DNA from: a virus
Taxonomy: Duplodnaviria; Heunggongvirae; Uroviricota; Caudoviricetes
IMG/VR virus record: IMGVR_UViG_3300036944_001243
Strand: one strand, 5' to 3'
Length of the DNA: 58,955 nt
Below the pieces are notes generated by a model that worked only from the letters and a program-made list of their open reading frames with translations, made no database searches and was not told the origin of the DNA. This document shows, one piece after another, positions 10,277 to 19,107 of this stretch (the stretch's first letter is position 1; each line of letters opens with the position of its first letter). Both the position numbers and the translations under genes were made by a program.

Positions 10277-11356
10277 TTAATTAGAGAAAGATTCAATAAT
10301 CGAATCAACAGTTCTTGAGTATGTCATTGTTTTACCCAATTCAATGCCCTTTTTATTAGAAGATGAAGACTTATTCGCGGCAGTTTCCATAGCAGAAATC
10401 GCGACATCTTCATCCCAAGTATAAAACACTCCTTGATTGAATTCTTGACCTTCTAGGAAGAAGTATCCATCAGCAGACGGCATCTGTCCATTCACAGGAA
10501 CCATAACTGAGTTTTCCTCAGTCGCCCAATCAAGGTGAGATGTGGCTCCCAATACGACAGACCACTTGCCTAAGCAAGTAGCATTGAAGCTCGGTAAATT
10601 CCAGCCTTCTCCACCACTAAGACCAGTAAGATCCACATCAATAGCATTCAAGAATTCATTTACTTCTTTATTAGTGGCCAAATATGGTAGGAAGTTAATA
10701 TTGGTATATCTCTTTCCGCCCAAAATATTTGAGATCGCCAACTGCATTTGCTCTGGCTTAAAGAATGGATTAGTGATACAGCAGGATAGCTGATAACGAT
10801 TATCATTGCCGAACTTCTTGAGCCAAGCTTTGATAATCGCGGCTGTATGCTTTCTCTTTTCGAGTTTGCCCATCAATCCAAAATGAATCACTCCTTCTAG
10901 ATATTGCTTATTTGTAGGCTTAAAATCTTGGTCAAATCCAAGAGGAAGAAATGCTGTATTGTCGCATCCAGCAGCATCAAAAAGATCTTTGGAATATTTT
11001 GAGCTAAAGAATGTCAAATCCTGAGACTTGCAAACAGAAACCTCATGCTTGGTTGGTTGGCTACATTCATAAAATGTATACAAATGCTGCTTTGGAGTCT
11101 TGCGATTTTCTCCACCATTAAGATGCCACAGCTTAAACACTGGAGTTTTTTCAGAAAGAAAATCGAGTCTTCTGTCAATACTTGTTTGAAGCCACTGACC
11201 AAATGATTGATCTAATGAATACGCAGAGAGATCGGGATTCCCGATTGGGAACAGCCCGATCTCAACGTTCTTCTTATACATTTCTCTTAGAATGTTGAAT
11301 GAAACATTCCCAAAGGAAAGCTGGTTAATGGGGCATTCTACTATTAATTTTTTCAT
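10277..11356 (-). CDS. GT-B fold glycosyltransferase (GT4-like)
   Basis: FGLMGKLEKRKH...LKKF, and the GT4 donor-binding motif SGGEGWNLPSFNATCLGK. Confidence 0.8.
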   Translation of the reverse strand: MKKLIVECPINQLSFGNVSFNILREMYKKNVEIGLFPIGNPDLSAYSLDQSFGQWLQTSIDRRLDFLSEKTPVFKLWHLNGGENRKTPKQHLYTFYECSQPTKHEVSVCKSQDLTFFSSKYSKDLFDAAGCDNTAFLPLGFDQDFKPTNKQYLEGVIHFGLMGKLEKRKHTAAIIKAWLKKFGNDNRYQLSCCITNPFFKPEQMQLAISNILGGKRYTNINFLPYLATNKEVNEFLNAIDVDLTGLSGGEGWNLPSFNATCLGKWSVVLGATSHLDWATEENSVMVPVNGQMPSADGYFFLEGQEFNQGVFYTWDEDVAISAMETAANKSSSSNKKGIELGKTMTYSRTVDSIIESFSN

Positions 11357-11385
11357 ATTTAGTTTTGGTAATGTGAAATCGCTAT

Positions 11386-11394
11386 GTGTAATAT
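11386..11394 (+). promoter_or_regulatory. GTGTAAnAT promoter-like motif upstream of the GIY-YIG gene
   Basis: GTGTAATAT, then 5 nt, then ATG at 11400. The same motif precedes several other genes. Confidence 0.6.
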
Positions 11395-11399
11395 ATTAT

Positions 11400-12095
11400 A
11401 TGATAATATATCAAATTTTAAATAAAATAAATAATAAATGCTATATTGGGCAAACAGCTACTTCTTTTGCCAGAAGATATGATAATGGGGGATGGCATAT
11501 TCAAAGCAATAATTATTTAAGAAACGCAGCGCGAAAATATGGGCTAGAAAATTTTGAAATAAATATACTAGAGGACGGTATATGCTCAATTAATGAATTA
11601 AATGAAAAAGAGATATTTTATATAAAAAAATTTAATTCAATAATGCCGAATGGATATAATTTAATGGAGGGCGGGCAAAGAACTTTAGATAGGTGTCATC
11701 ATGAAAAATCTAAAGAAAAAATGTCTAGATCGCAAAGAAAAAATTCAGAAAACAACTACAGGTTTTTGAATCATCATACAAATAAAATTGTTGAGGTTGC
11801 AAACCTAAGTAAATTTTGTAGAGAAAACAATCTTTCTCATTCCATGATTTGCAACGTTGCCAATGGAAAATACAAAAGACATAAAAACTGGACGCTTCCA
11901 AAAACTAAATTAAAAAAATGGATACTAAGAGATCCAATCGGAAACACTCATTTAATTTTAGAAGGAGAATTCCGAGCGTTTGAAAAAAATCATAATATAA
12001 AAAGATCAGGAATATATGCCTTGATTCACAAAGGATATAAATCCCACAACGGATGGACAGTTGTGGGATTTAACGAGCATCTTTTCATTAATTAA
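11400..12095 (+). CDS. Free-standing GIY-YIG homing endonuclease
   Basis: MIIYQILNKINNKCYIGQT (GIY-YIG), plus LNEKEIFYIKKFNSIMPNGYN and two C-terminal NUMOD/IENR-like repeats. Start moved from 11292 to the ATG at 11400. Antisense to its neighbours. Confidence 0.88.
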   Translation: MIIYQILNKINNKCYIGQTATSFARRYDNGGWHIQSNNYLRNAARKYGLENFEINILEDGICSINELNEKEIFYIKKFNSIMPNGYNLMEGGQRTLDRCHHEKSKEKMSRSQRKNSENNYRFLNHHTNKIVEVANLSKFCRENNLSHSMICNVANGKYKRHKNWTLPKTKLKKWILRDPIGNTHLILEGEFRAFEKNHNIKRSGIYALIHKGYKSHNGWTVVGFNEHLFIN

Positions 12096-12487
12096 AAGGG
12101 GATTTCGTCCTCATCGCCGCCATCATTTGAAGCAGGTGCTGAGTTTCCAGAAGCAGCAGCAGGAGCGTCATCAGACTTCTTTGTGCCACCGCCCAAGAAC
12201 TTAACTCGATTTGCGCGAATGAAATTCTTTGATTGAGTCTTTCCGTCATTGCCTTGCCATGAAGACAGGCAAAGTTCACCCTCGACAAGAACTTCGCGAC
12301 CTTTAGCGAGGAACTTGGAACAAACTTCTGCGGTCTTTTCCCAAGCTTCAACGTCAATGAAACACTTGTTCTTTGCGTTGTTCTCAGAAATGCACATACG
12401 CATAGTGCAGATTGTCTTTCCTGTGTTTGTGTTGCGGGTGATTGGATCGTTTACTAGGTAGCCCGCTGCGATAATTGTGTTATACAT
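12092..12487 (-). CDS. ssb: Single-stranded DNA-binding protein
   Basis: OB-fold motifs (GYLVNDP, FIDVEAWEKTAE, KGREVLVEGEL) and an acidic C-terminal tail DEDEIPF. Confidence 0.95.
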   Translation of the reverse strand: MYNTIIAAGYLVNDPITRNTNTGKTICTMRMCISENNAKNKCFIDVEAWEKTAEVCSKFLAKGREVLVEGELCLSSWQGNDGKTQSKNFIRANRVKFLGGGTKKSDDAPAAASGNSAPASNDGGDEDEIPF

Positions 12488-13049
12488 TTGTTATTTCTTT
12501 CTTTATTTTTTGAATGAACTTGTTGTGAATATCAATACATCCTTGAATACTCATATTAAGAGATTTTGATATTTCTTTCCATGAGTGAGCTTTAGTATAA
12601 CCGAAGCAGTATCTCATGTCAAGAATTTTTTTGATTCTTTTGTCTGGATTTTTGTTTGCCAAATCAATGATTTTTAAAATCAATTCTTGTTGTTGAAAAT
12701 CCGATAGAAAATCCTCGGAGCTAGACTTTTCTTTTATAGAATCATCCAAAGGCTCTTCTACCATTTTTTTATTCTTATTAAACATGTTGAGGCACCTCCA
12801 TCGGGTGTCGTTAGCTAAATAAGTTGAGAATTTGGTGTTTTTTTCTGGCTGGAATTTTAATGCGGCAGAATAAATAGAATAATCCTTATCCAAAAGTATT
12901 TCCTTCTTATTCATAAATGAACATGAGTCAGAAACAGTTCTATTAACCATATCTATATAGATTCCAGAATGCCTATCAATTAATTCTCTTAGGCTATCAC
13001 TATCATTTTTTTCTTTGATATTAATTATAAGCGACAGGTCTGAGTCCAT
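12480..13049 (-). CDS. Small phage-encoded sigma70-family RNA polymerase sigma factor (regions 2 and 4)
   Basis: Region 2: LRELIDRHSGIY...ALKFQPEKNTKFSTYL. Region 4 HTH: ILDMRY...SWKEISKSLNMSIQGC. Confidence 0.8.
   Translation of the reverse strand: MDSDLSLIINIKEKNDSDSLRELIDRHSGIYIDMVNRTVSDSCSFMNKKEILLDKDYSIYSAALKFQPEKNTKFSTYLANDTRWRCLNMFNKNKKMVEEPLDDSIKEKSSSEDFLSDFQQQELILKIIDLANKNPDKRIKKILDMRYCFGYTKAHSWKEISKSLNMSIQGCIDIHNKFIQKIKKEITNV
12594..12622 (-). promoter_or_regulatory. sigma70 promoter inside the sigma gene, facing ssb
   Basis: Minus strand TTGACA-17 nt-TATACT, about 100 nt upstream of the ssb ATG. Confidence 0.65.
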
Positions 13050-13612
13050 TTTTCAAGTTCACTAAGCGGCACGGTTTTTAACAAAACCTCATAAGCAATG
13101 GCTACGAGCCATTCCTCGTTGGAAATACTACCCCAAACAAATGAATGGTCGCATTCTGATTTTAATCTCATGGTATGCTCTTCTTCTTCTTTATTTGCTG
13201 GTGGAATCAAAACTCCATCTGCATCATGTCTTTCCACAAAGACAGAACTTCCTCCTGATTGTTTAATCCAATCTAACTCATTATCAAAACGAACATCGCT
13301 AACAATTGTAACGATTTTATCTGATAATAGGTGTTGGATAGACTTGATCCAAACATCTTGATCTAATTTTCTACGAACGTGAGTTCCCCAAGTTACCAAA
13401 AACGGGCGAATAATCTTTTTCTCATTATCGTCTTGAGTAAAAGAACTAATGCCAATTTTCTCTTTAAGAAAATCATCAGTTTCTTTTTTTAATTCATTAG
13501 CAAATGATACCTTTTGGCATTTTACGCCCCATTCTCTAAGAATAGACATTATACTATCTCCAAGGGTATCTTTTCCGCTTCGTGCTGGTCCAGAGATTCC
13601 AATTAGATTCAT
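13025..13612 (-). CDS. Deoxynucleoside monophosphate kinase (T4 gp1/T5-like)
   Basis: P-loop IGISGPARSGKDT, SFANELK, RPFLVTWGT, IVSDVRFDNE. Confidence 0.85.
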   Translation of the reverse strand: MNLIGISGPARSGKDTLGDSIMSILREWGVKCQKVSFANELKKETDDFLKEKIGISSFTQDDNEKKIIRPFLVTWGTHVRRKLDQDVWIKSIQHLLSDKIVTIVSDVRFDNELDWIKQSGGSSVFVERHDADGVLIPPANKEEEEHTMRLKSECDHSFVWGSISNEEWLVAIAYEVLLKTVPLSELEKWTQTCRL

Positions 13613-14112
13613 GATCCTGTGCTGCCAAAGCCTCCTTCGTTACGAGCGGAATCGTCAAATGTTTCAACTAACTCTAAATCTGGAGTGAGTGTTTCACTGA
13701 ATACTATTTGTCCGATTTTATCGCCTTTCTTGTAGATTTTATCAAAATCAATCTCAGTAAGGATGTGACCTTCATGAATCAAAAAATCATAAGGTTGCGC
13801 AATATATTTAAATCTAAACTTCAGCGTTCCCCTATATCCATTATCAATAACTCCAACACTGTTGGCTAAAATCAAATTTGTATTTGATATAGAAGATCTC
13901 GGGAAAATATAAGAGTGGATACCTGAGTCTGGAGCGATAACCAGATCAGTATCATATTCAATATATGAAATATGAGAATAAGTATCTGGCAAAATCTCTT
14001 GTCCAACTACTCTTGGACCTGAGCTTGCTACAACATCATAACCCGCGTCACCTAAATGAGCGGGCTTTAAAATTTTTTCGAGTGAATTAGTCTGAATTTT
14101 CATCTTGTTCAA
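13609..14112 (-). CDS. dut: Trimeric dUTPase
   Basis: Motifs GDAGYDV, PRSSIS, NSVGVIDNGYRG, GDKIGQIV, RNEGGFGSTG. Confidence 0.95.
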   Translation of the reverse strand: MNKMKIQTNSLEKILKPAHLGDAGYDVVASSGPRVVGQEILPDTYSHISYIEYDTDLVIAPDSGIHSYIFPRSSISNTNLILANSVGVIDNGYRGTLKFRFKYIAQPYDFLIHEGHILTEIDFDKIYKKGDKIGQIVFSETLTPDLELVETFDDSARNEGGFGSTGS

Positions 14113-14377
14113 TTTGTTTGATCATTTCAGAAGCGTGATTATGCATTCCAATATCCGCCAAAACAGATGGAGAATAAATCAATTTAGTCTCGTCATCGAA
14201 AATTTGAATCGGGATTACGGAAATTACCGCGCCTACTGAAAATCTTTCTGAATCAGAATCTACTTGTTTTCGTAGGGCTAGTGATGCCGCCTCTTCAAAA
14301 GAGGATGCATTTTCTACTACCTGCGTCCATTCTGCGCTTGAGCAGAGAAAGGTTCTTGATTGGTTCTTTTCTAGCAT
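14087..14377 (-). CDS. Hypothetical protein
   Basis: 96-aa ORF starting 6 nt downstream of a consensus promoter; overlaps the dut start. Confidence 0.7.
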   Translation of the reverse strand: MLEKNQSRTFLCSSAEWTQVVENASSFEEAASLALRKQVDSDSERFSVGAVISVIPIQIFDDETKLIYSPSVLADIGMHNHASEMIKQIEQDENSD

Positions 14378-14383
14378 AATAAA

Positions 14384-14412
14384 TTTATATCACAGATGCT
14401 GCTTTTTGTCAA
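14384..14412 (-). promoter_or_regulatory. sigma70 promoter of the leftward nucleotide-metabolism operon
   Basis: Minus strand TTGACA-17-TATAAA with an upstream TG (extended -10); 6 nt to the ATG at 14377. Confidence 0.7.
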
Positions 14413-14509
14413 CGGAAAATATTTTTCCGCTATTAAATTAATTTTGAATAACTATACGATAGTCAATAGCGTAATAACTTCAATCAAATGCTCTACTTAA
14501 AATTAATTT

Positions 14510-14654
14510 AATCGTATTCGTTATAGGTTAATCGTGAATCGTGTTAGGCTCATCCAAAGTTTATTGTTTATTATCGGAAAGTAGCTACGTAATCGTAAGA
14601 GATTTTTTCTAGTTGTCAAGAAAAAAATTTGAGAAAATTTTCATTGCAAATCGT
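14510..14654. repeat. Five AATCGT direct repeats in the divergent intergenic region
   Basis: AATCGT at 14510, 14530, 14537, 14591 and 14649. Confidence 0.55.
14592..14619 (-). promoter_or_regulatory. Second leftward sigma70-like promoter
   Basis: Minus strand TTGACA-16-TACGAT. Confidence 0.4.
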
Positions 14655-14672
14655 TTTTAGAAGTGCTACAAC

Positions 14673-14681
14673 GTGTAAAAC
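14673..14681 (+). promoter_or_regulatory. Imperfect GTGTAA motif upstream of nrdB
   Basis: GTGTAAAAC; the GTGTAA core ends 14 nt before the ATG at 14693. Confidence 0.35.
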
Positions 14682-14692
14682 AAACTACAATT

Positions 14693-15676
14693 ATGAGCAT
14701 TTTCGAAGCGGGCAAATATTTAGATCCAGAGTATCAGTTTTTAGACAAATATGTGGGGATCATGTATAGAGGGTTTTGGACTCCCGCTAAATATGAGAAG
14801 TTGATCAAGGAGCAAGATGTTCCTTATTATTTTAATTCCATGTCACCTGAAGACCAAGAGGCAATCAAGCGCTGCATTTTAGCTGTAGCCATCGTTGAGG
14901 ACAAGGTGAAGGTCTATTGGCCATCATTGCACGCAGACCTCCCTCAGACGATTATTGGCGATATTGGGGGCATGTTTGGGATGTCTGAAACTACCCACAG
15001 ACGCTCTTACCATTCTTTGCTTGAGAATTTGAAAATTGATCCTCAAGAAATCAATGATCATCCAGCAACACAAGGAAGAATCGCGTATCTTGCAAAATAT
15101 TTGGAAAATGATCCAAAGGTAATCGGCAAAAAGAGAATCTTGAAGAAGCTCGTCTTATTCACCTCTCTTGTTGAGAGAGTTAGCCTGTTTACGCAGTTTT
15201 ATATTTTGATGTCTTACGCAAAAGCAAACAAAGGACTGAAAACAATTTCCTCTTTGCAGCAGACAACCGCAACAGAAGAAATGGTCCATTATTCTTGCGG
15301 CATGGCGCTCATCAACAAGATCAAAAGCGAAAGCCCTCAACTTTGGGACGAATATTTGATCGAACTTGTTGAAAAAAACATCAAAGAAGCTTATAAAGCA
15401 GAGATCAATCTCATCAATTGGTTTTTTGAAAATGGAATTCCATCTCATCTTACCAAAGAGGAAGTCGTAAACTTTTTGAATTTCAACATTAATGAAGTTT
15501 GCAAAGATCTTGGCCTAAATGTTAGATTTGACTATGATTCAGATTTATACGAGGAAAAGAACAAATGGTTCATGGAAAAAGTGGTAACTGCTGGAGAACC
15601 AGATTTCTTTGATTGCCCCGCTGGGGGCTATGCCTCAGAAGAGGTTGATATTGATCTTGATAATTTTAATTTTTAA
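14693..15676 (+). CDS. nrdB: Ribonucleotide reductase class I beta subunit (class Id-like signature)
   Basis: Ferritin-like ligands: IVEDKVK, SETTHRRSY (E-x-x-H-x-x-x-Y), LVERVSLF, TEEMVH. C-terminal radical-transfer Tyr (GGYA). Start set at ATG 14693. Confidence 0.93.
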   Translation: MSIFEAGKYLDPEYQFLDKYVGIMYRGFWTPAKYEKLIKEQDVPYYFNSMSPEDQEAIKRCILAVAIVEDKVKVYWPSLHADLPQTIIGDIGGMFGMSETTHRRSYHSLLENLKIDPQEINDHPATQGRIAYLAKYLENDPKVIGKKRILKKLVLFTSLVERVSLFTQFYILMSYAKANKGLKTISSLQQTTATEEMVHYSCGMALINKIKSESPQLWDEYLIELVEKNIKEAYKAEINLINWFFENGIPSHLTKEEVVNFLNFNINEVCKDLGLNVRFDYDSDLYEEKNKWFMEKVVTAGEPDFFDCPAGGYASEEVDIDLDNFNF

Positions 15677-15680
15677 CTAT

Positions 15681-17363
15681 ATGAGTTTTGGAACTGAACA
15701 ACTGGAATTTCTTCGAAAGAAGAACTATTTAAACGGAAACACGCTAGAAGGAAGAATCGACGAAATTAAAGCCGTCGTTAAAAAATATGAACCTGAGTAT
15801 TCAGATGGATTAGCAGACAGAATCGCTGGCTATATCAAGCGTCGTATTCTTAGCCCATCAACCCCACAGTGGGCAAACTTGGGCAAGGAGAAGAAAAATG
15901 GAACCTCTCCATTGCCAGCGTCTTGTTATATCACCGCTCCAACAAACAGCATCCAAGGTATTTATTATGCTATTGGCGAAACTGCTATGATGTCTAAGCT
16001 TGGTGGTGGTGTTGGTGCCGACTTCACAAGCCTTTCCGACAAGGGTGAATTTGTTGAAGAAGGGTTTTATACCAATTCAAAATTAGACTGGATTGAAGAC
16101 TTGGTTAGTGCTAGTCAAAAAGTTTCTCAAGGCTCGCAAAGAAGAGGGTATTCTGTTCCATTTATTTCTATTGATGATCCTGAATTTTACGACGTTCTTC
16201 AACGTTGTGACAAGACTAATCCAGATAAAAACGATCCACTTGTTAATAACAATGTCGGCGTCACTCTTCCTATTGGTTTCAGAACCAGAATGATCAATGG
16301 AGACAAAGAAGCTCAAAAAAGATTCCTGAAGTGCCTCAGTATTCGTGAAGCTGCTGGAAAGCTTTATCTTGTCGATATTGAAAATTGCAACAAAAACCAA
16401 AGCCCAGTTTATGCTAAACTCGGTCATACCGTTACTTCAACAAACATTTGCACAGAAGTATTGACTCCTAAATATGATGACAAGAGTTTTGTTTGTGTCA
16501 TTTGCTCTTTGAACGCTGTTCACTGGGATGAAATCAAAGCAGATCCTCAGATCATTAAGGATGCTTATATGTTCTTGGACATTAATGTTTCTGAATTCAT
16601 CCGACTCACAGAAGGCGTTCCATTTATGGAGAAGGCTCGTAGGTCAGCGATTGAAAAAAGAGATATTGGATTGGGGCTTCTTGGCTTCCATGAATACCTT
16701 CAATCAAAAGGATGCGCCTTTGGAGACTTAGAAAGCAGATGGATCAATAAGGATATTTTCTCAACTATTCGTAAAGTCGGAGAAGAGTATGCTACTGAAA
16801 TCGGTGAAAAGCTTGGTAGTCCAAAAATGTGTGAAGAAGCAGAAATGGTTCGTCGCAATGTTTCATTGATGATGGTCGCGCCAAACAAGTCCACATCTTT
16901 CTTGTGTGATACAAGCCTTGGAATTGAGCCTAACTTTAGTAATTACTATGTAAAGTCTTTGGCTGGTATTCAAGCTACTTCAAAAAACAAACACCTCAAA
17001 GAAGTATTGGAATTAAAAGGAAAAAACACATCTGAAGTTTGGGATTCGATCCTTGCTAACCTTGGATCTGTTCAACATCTTGATTTCTTGACCGATAAAG
17101 AAAAAGCCATCTTCAAAACAGCATCAGAAATATCTCCAAAAGATATGATCGACTTGGCTGCTGATAGACAGGTTTATATTGATATGGCGCAGAGCATCAA
17201 TTTGTTTAATAGACCAAATTACACAAAACACGATATTTATCAGATTCACAAATATGCTTTTGAAAAAGGATTGAAAACTCTTTATTACTACTATCCACAA
17301 GCTCACGCAGCACTAGAGAAAAATGGTGAAAAGTGGGACGCATGTGAATCATGCGCCGATTAA
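15681..17363 (+). CDS. nrdA: Ribonucleotide reductase class I alpha subunit, no ATP cone
   Basis: PASCY, STNICTEV (N-x-C-x-E), VICSLN, APNKSTS, GLKTLYYYY, C-terminal CESC. Start set at ATG 15681. Confidence 0.95.
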   Translation: MSFGTEQLEFLRKKNYLNGNTLEGRIDEIKAVVKKYEPEYSDGLADRIAGYIKRRILSPSTPQWANLGKEKKNGTSPLPASCYITAPTNSIQGIYYAIGETAMMSKLGGGVGADFTSLSDKGEFVEEGFYTNSKLDWIEDLVSASQKVSQGSQRRGYSVPFISIDDPEFYDVLQRCDKTNPDKNDPLVNNNVGVTLPIGFRTRMINGDKEAQKRFLKCLSIREAAGKLYLVDIENCNKNQSPVYAKLGHTVTSTNICTEVLTPKYDDKSFVCVICSLNAVHWDEIKADPQIIKDAYMFLDINVSEFIRLTEGVPFMEKARRSAIEKRDIGLGLLGFHEYLQSKGCAFGDLESRWINKDIFSTIRKVGEEYATEIGEKLGSPKMCEEAEMVRRNVSLMMVAPNKSTSFLCDTSLGIEPNFSNYYVKSLAGIQATSKNKHLKEVLELKGKNTSEVWDSILANLGSVQHLDFLTDKEKAIFKTASEISPKDMIDLAADRQVYIDMAQSINLFNRPNYTKHDIYQIHKYAFEKGLKTLYYYYPQAHAALEKNGEKWDACESCAD

Positions 17364-17390
17364 AAAAGTTGGATCTTGATATTTAATTTA

Positions 17391-17400
17391 GTGTAATAAT
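17391..17400 (+). promoter_or_regulatory. GTGTAA motif upstream of ORF 17408
   Basis: GTGTAATAAT, then 7 nt, then ATG. Confidence 0.5.
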
Positions 17401-17407
17401 AACTACT

Positions 17408-18379
17408 ATGGAAGTTGACTTTTCTTTAAGAATCAAAGAATTATTTGATAATTCAGAAGCAAGACGATCTGGACCAAAGAGTGCGGCTCAGACGCCTGCT
17501 CCAAAATCTGATCAAAAAACAGGTTCAGATACCAATAAAAAAGGATCTGCTGGAACAGATGGCGGCAAAATTGAATTTTCAAAAAAAATCATTAGCTCTC
17601 TTCAAGAAAAAGTCAACTCTCACAACGAGTCGCATGATAAAAAAGTCTCCTTATCTCAGCTAAAGAAAGTCTATAGAAGAGGTTTGGGGGCTTTTTCTTC
17701 GTCCCATCGCCCAGGTCAGAGCAGAAGTAGCTGGGCTATGGCCAGAGTCAATATGTTCTTAAAGATGATGAGAGGCGGAAAGGTCAAGGACTCTTATCGC
17801 GCTGCTGATCAAGATGTAGCTTCTGGCTCAGAATTGTATTTTGAACAAAAACCAGAAGACGTTTTTTGGGAGTTTGATTCTATTGACTTCGATTTGGCAA
17901 GAATCGATTTGATCAAAGCGAATGTCGATCTGTATGAAGAAGCTAATATTGATTTGTTCGATATTGAATATTCAGAAGCAGAGCAAAAAACACTCAACAA
18001 ACCTTTTAGATTACCAAGTGGATCAAATAAGAAATTCGGGGTATACGTAAAGAATGATAAAGGCAATGTTGTTGTCGTTAAATTCGGAGATCCGAATATG
18101 GAAATTAGACGAGACGATCCTGATCGCAGAAAAAACTTTAGAGCTAGACATCAATGCGATACAAATGTCGGACCAAGATGGAAAGCTAGATACTGGAGTT
18201 GCAAATTTTGGAGCAAAAAACCAGTTTCTTCTTTGGCTTCGGAAGATTTTCTTTTGAGCGATGATGATGGAATGGATTGGGACTGGGACGATAGTTCATT
18301 TGTCGATCAGTCAGAGATCTTTGCTAGATGGCCAGATTTAGAAAAAATTGAAGATTTTGTTGAAGAAGCGGACCTTTGA
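17408..18379 (+). CDS. Conserved viral protein: two basic domains (resembling DUF5824 and DUF6321) joined by acidic linkers
   Basis: LKKVYRRGLGAFSSSHRPG...WAMARVNMFL and KKFGVYVKN...VKFGDPNM...RRKNFRARHQC...ARYWSCKFW. DUF names are from recall, not a search. Confidence 0.6.
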   Translation: MEVDFSLRIKELFDNSEARRSGPKSAAQTPAPKSDQKTGSDTNKKGSAGTDGGKIEFSKKIISSLQEKVNSHNESHDKKVSLSQLKKVYRRGLGAFSSSHRPGQSRSSWAMARVNMFLKMMRGGKVKDSYRAADQDVASGSELYFEQKPEDVFWEFDSIDFDLARIDLIKANVDLYEEANIDLFDIEYSEAEQKTLNKPFRLPSGSNKKFGVYVKNDKGNVVVVKFGDPNMEIRRDDPDRRKNFRARHQCDTNVGPRWKARYWSCKFWSKKPVSSLASEDFLLSDDDGMDWDWDDSSFVDQSEIFARWPDLEKIEDFVEEADL

Positions 18380-18399
18380 TTTATGATCATGCATTCAGC

Positions 18400-19107
18400 A
18401 TGAAATATCGGGCTTCTATCATAACATCTATTTATAATTCTTCTGAATTTTTATATCATTTTTTAATTGATGCTAAAAGACAAACAATCTTTAATGATTG
18501 TGAATTTCTGCTTTTAGATTGCAATGTCGATAATGATAATGATTATGAAATAATTAAACCATTTTTGAGTTTTGATAATTTTAAATATCATAAACTTGAT
18601 AAGTGCGGAGTTTATGAAGCTTGGAATCAAGGGATCGATCTTTCGTCTTCAAACATTTTAACAAACTGGAATACCGACGACCGTAGAGCGTTTAATTCTT
18701 TAGAGAAGCAAGTTGTCTTTATGGAGGCAAATCAAGATTGCGATGTATGTTATGGACCCACTTTAATTAGCGAAGTTGCTAATGAGGTTTTTGAGTTTTG
18801 CACTTCTACAATATATTATCCCGCTTTAGAGGGGACGCTGGAGAATCAATTGGCCCACAACTCTCCTCATTGTTTGCCTGTATGGAGAAAATCTATTCAC
18901 GAAAGATTTGGTAAATTTGATACTAAATATTTTTCTGCTGCTGATTATGATATGTGGTTTAGGATATTAAAAGGCGGCGGTAAAATAAGCGCTTTAAAAG
19001 AATATGTTGGCGTATATTATAAAAATCCAATCGGCATATCTAGCAATAAGCGCACATTAGAAAAAGCCATGAATGAAGTGTTAGAAATTAGAAAAAAATA
19101 TCAATGA
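18400..19107 (+). CDS. GT2-family glycosyltransferase
   Basis: SIITSIYN, LLLDCN, GVYEAWNQGI, WNTDD (DxD), DYDMWFRI. Start set at ATG 18400. Confidence 0.85.
   Translation: MKYRASIITSIYNSSEFLYHFLIDAKRQTIFNDCEFLLLDCNVDNDNDYEIIKPFLSFDNFKYHKLDKCGVYEAWNQGIDLSSSNILTNWNTDDRRAFNSLEKQVVFMEANQDCDVCYGPTLISEVANEVFEFCTSTIYYPALEGTLENQLAHNSPHCLPVWRKSIHERFGKFDTKYFSAADYDMWFRILKGGGKISALKEYVGVYYKNPIGISSNKRTLEKAMNEVLEIRKKYQ

Noticed and set aside
11292-11399. Longer ORF-track starts (11292, 14663, 15609, 18376, 28785, 41114, 41634, 52695 and others)
   Set aside because: They overlap neighbouring genes or promoters; the downstream ATGs match family N-termini and promoter positions.
14378-14690. tRNA or structured ncRNA in the largest intergenic gap
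   Set aside because: No cloverleaf, T-loop (GTTCRA) or long stable stems were recognisable by eye.
14693-17363. Introns or inteins in nrdA/nrdB
   Set aside because: Both frames are continuous with compact, normal motif spacing.
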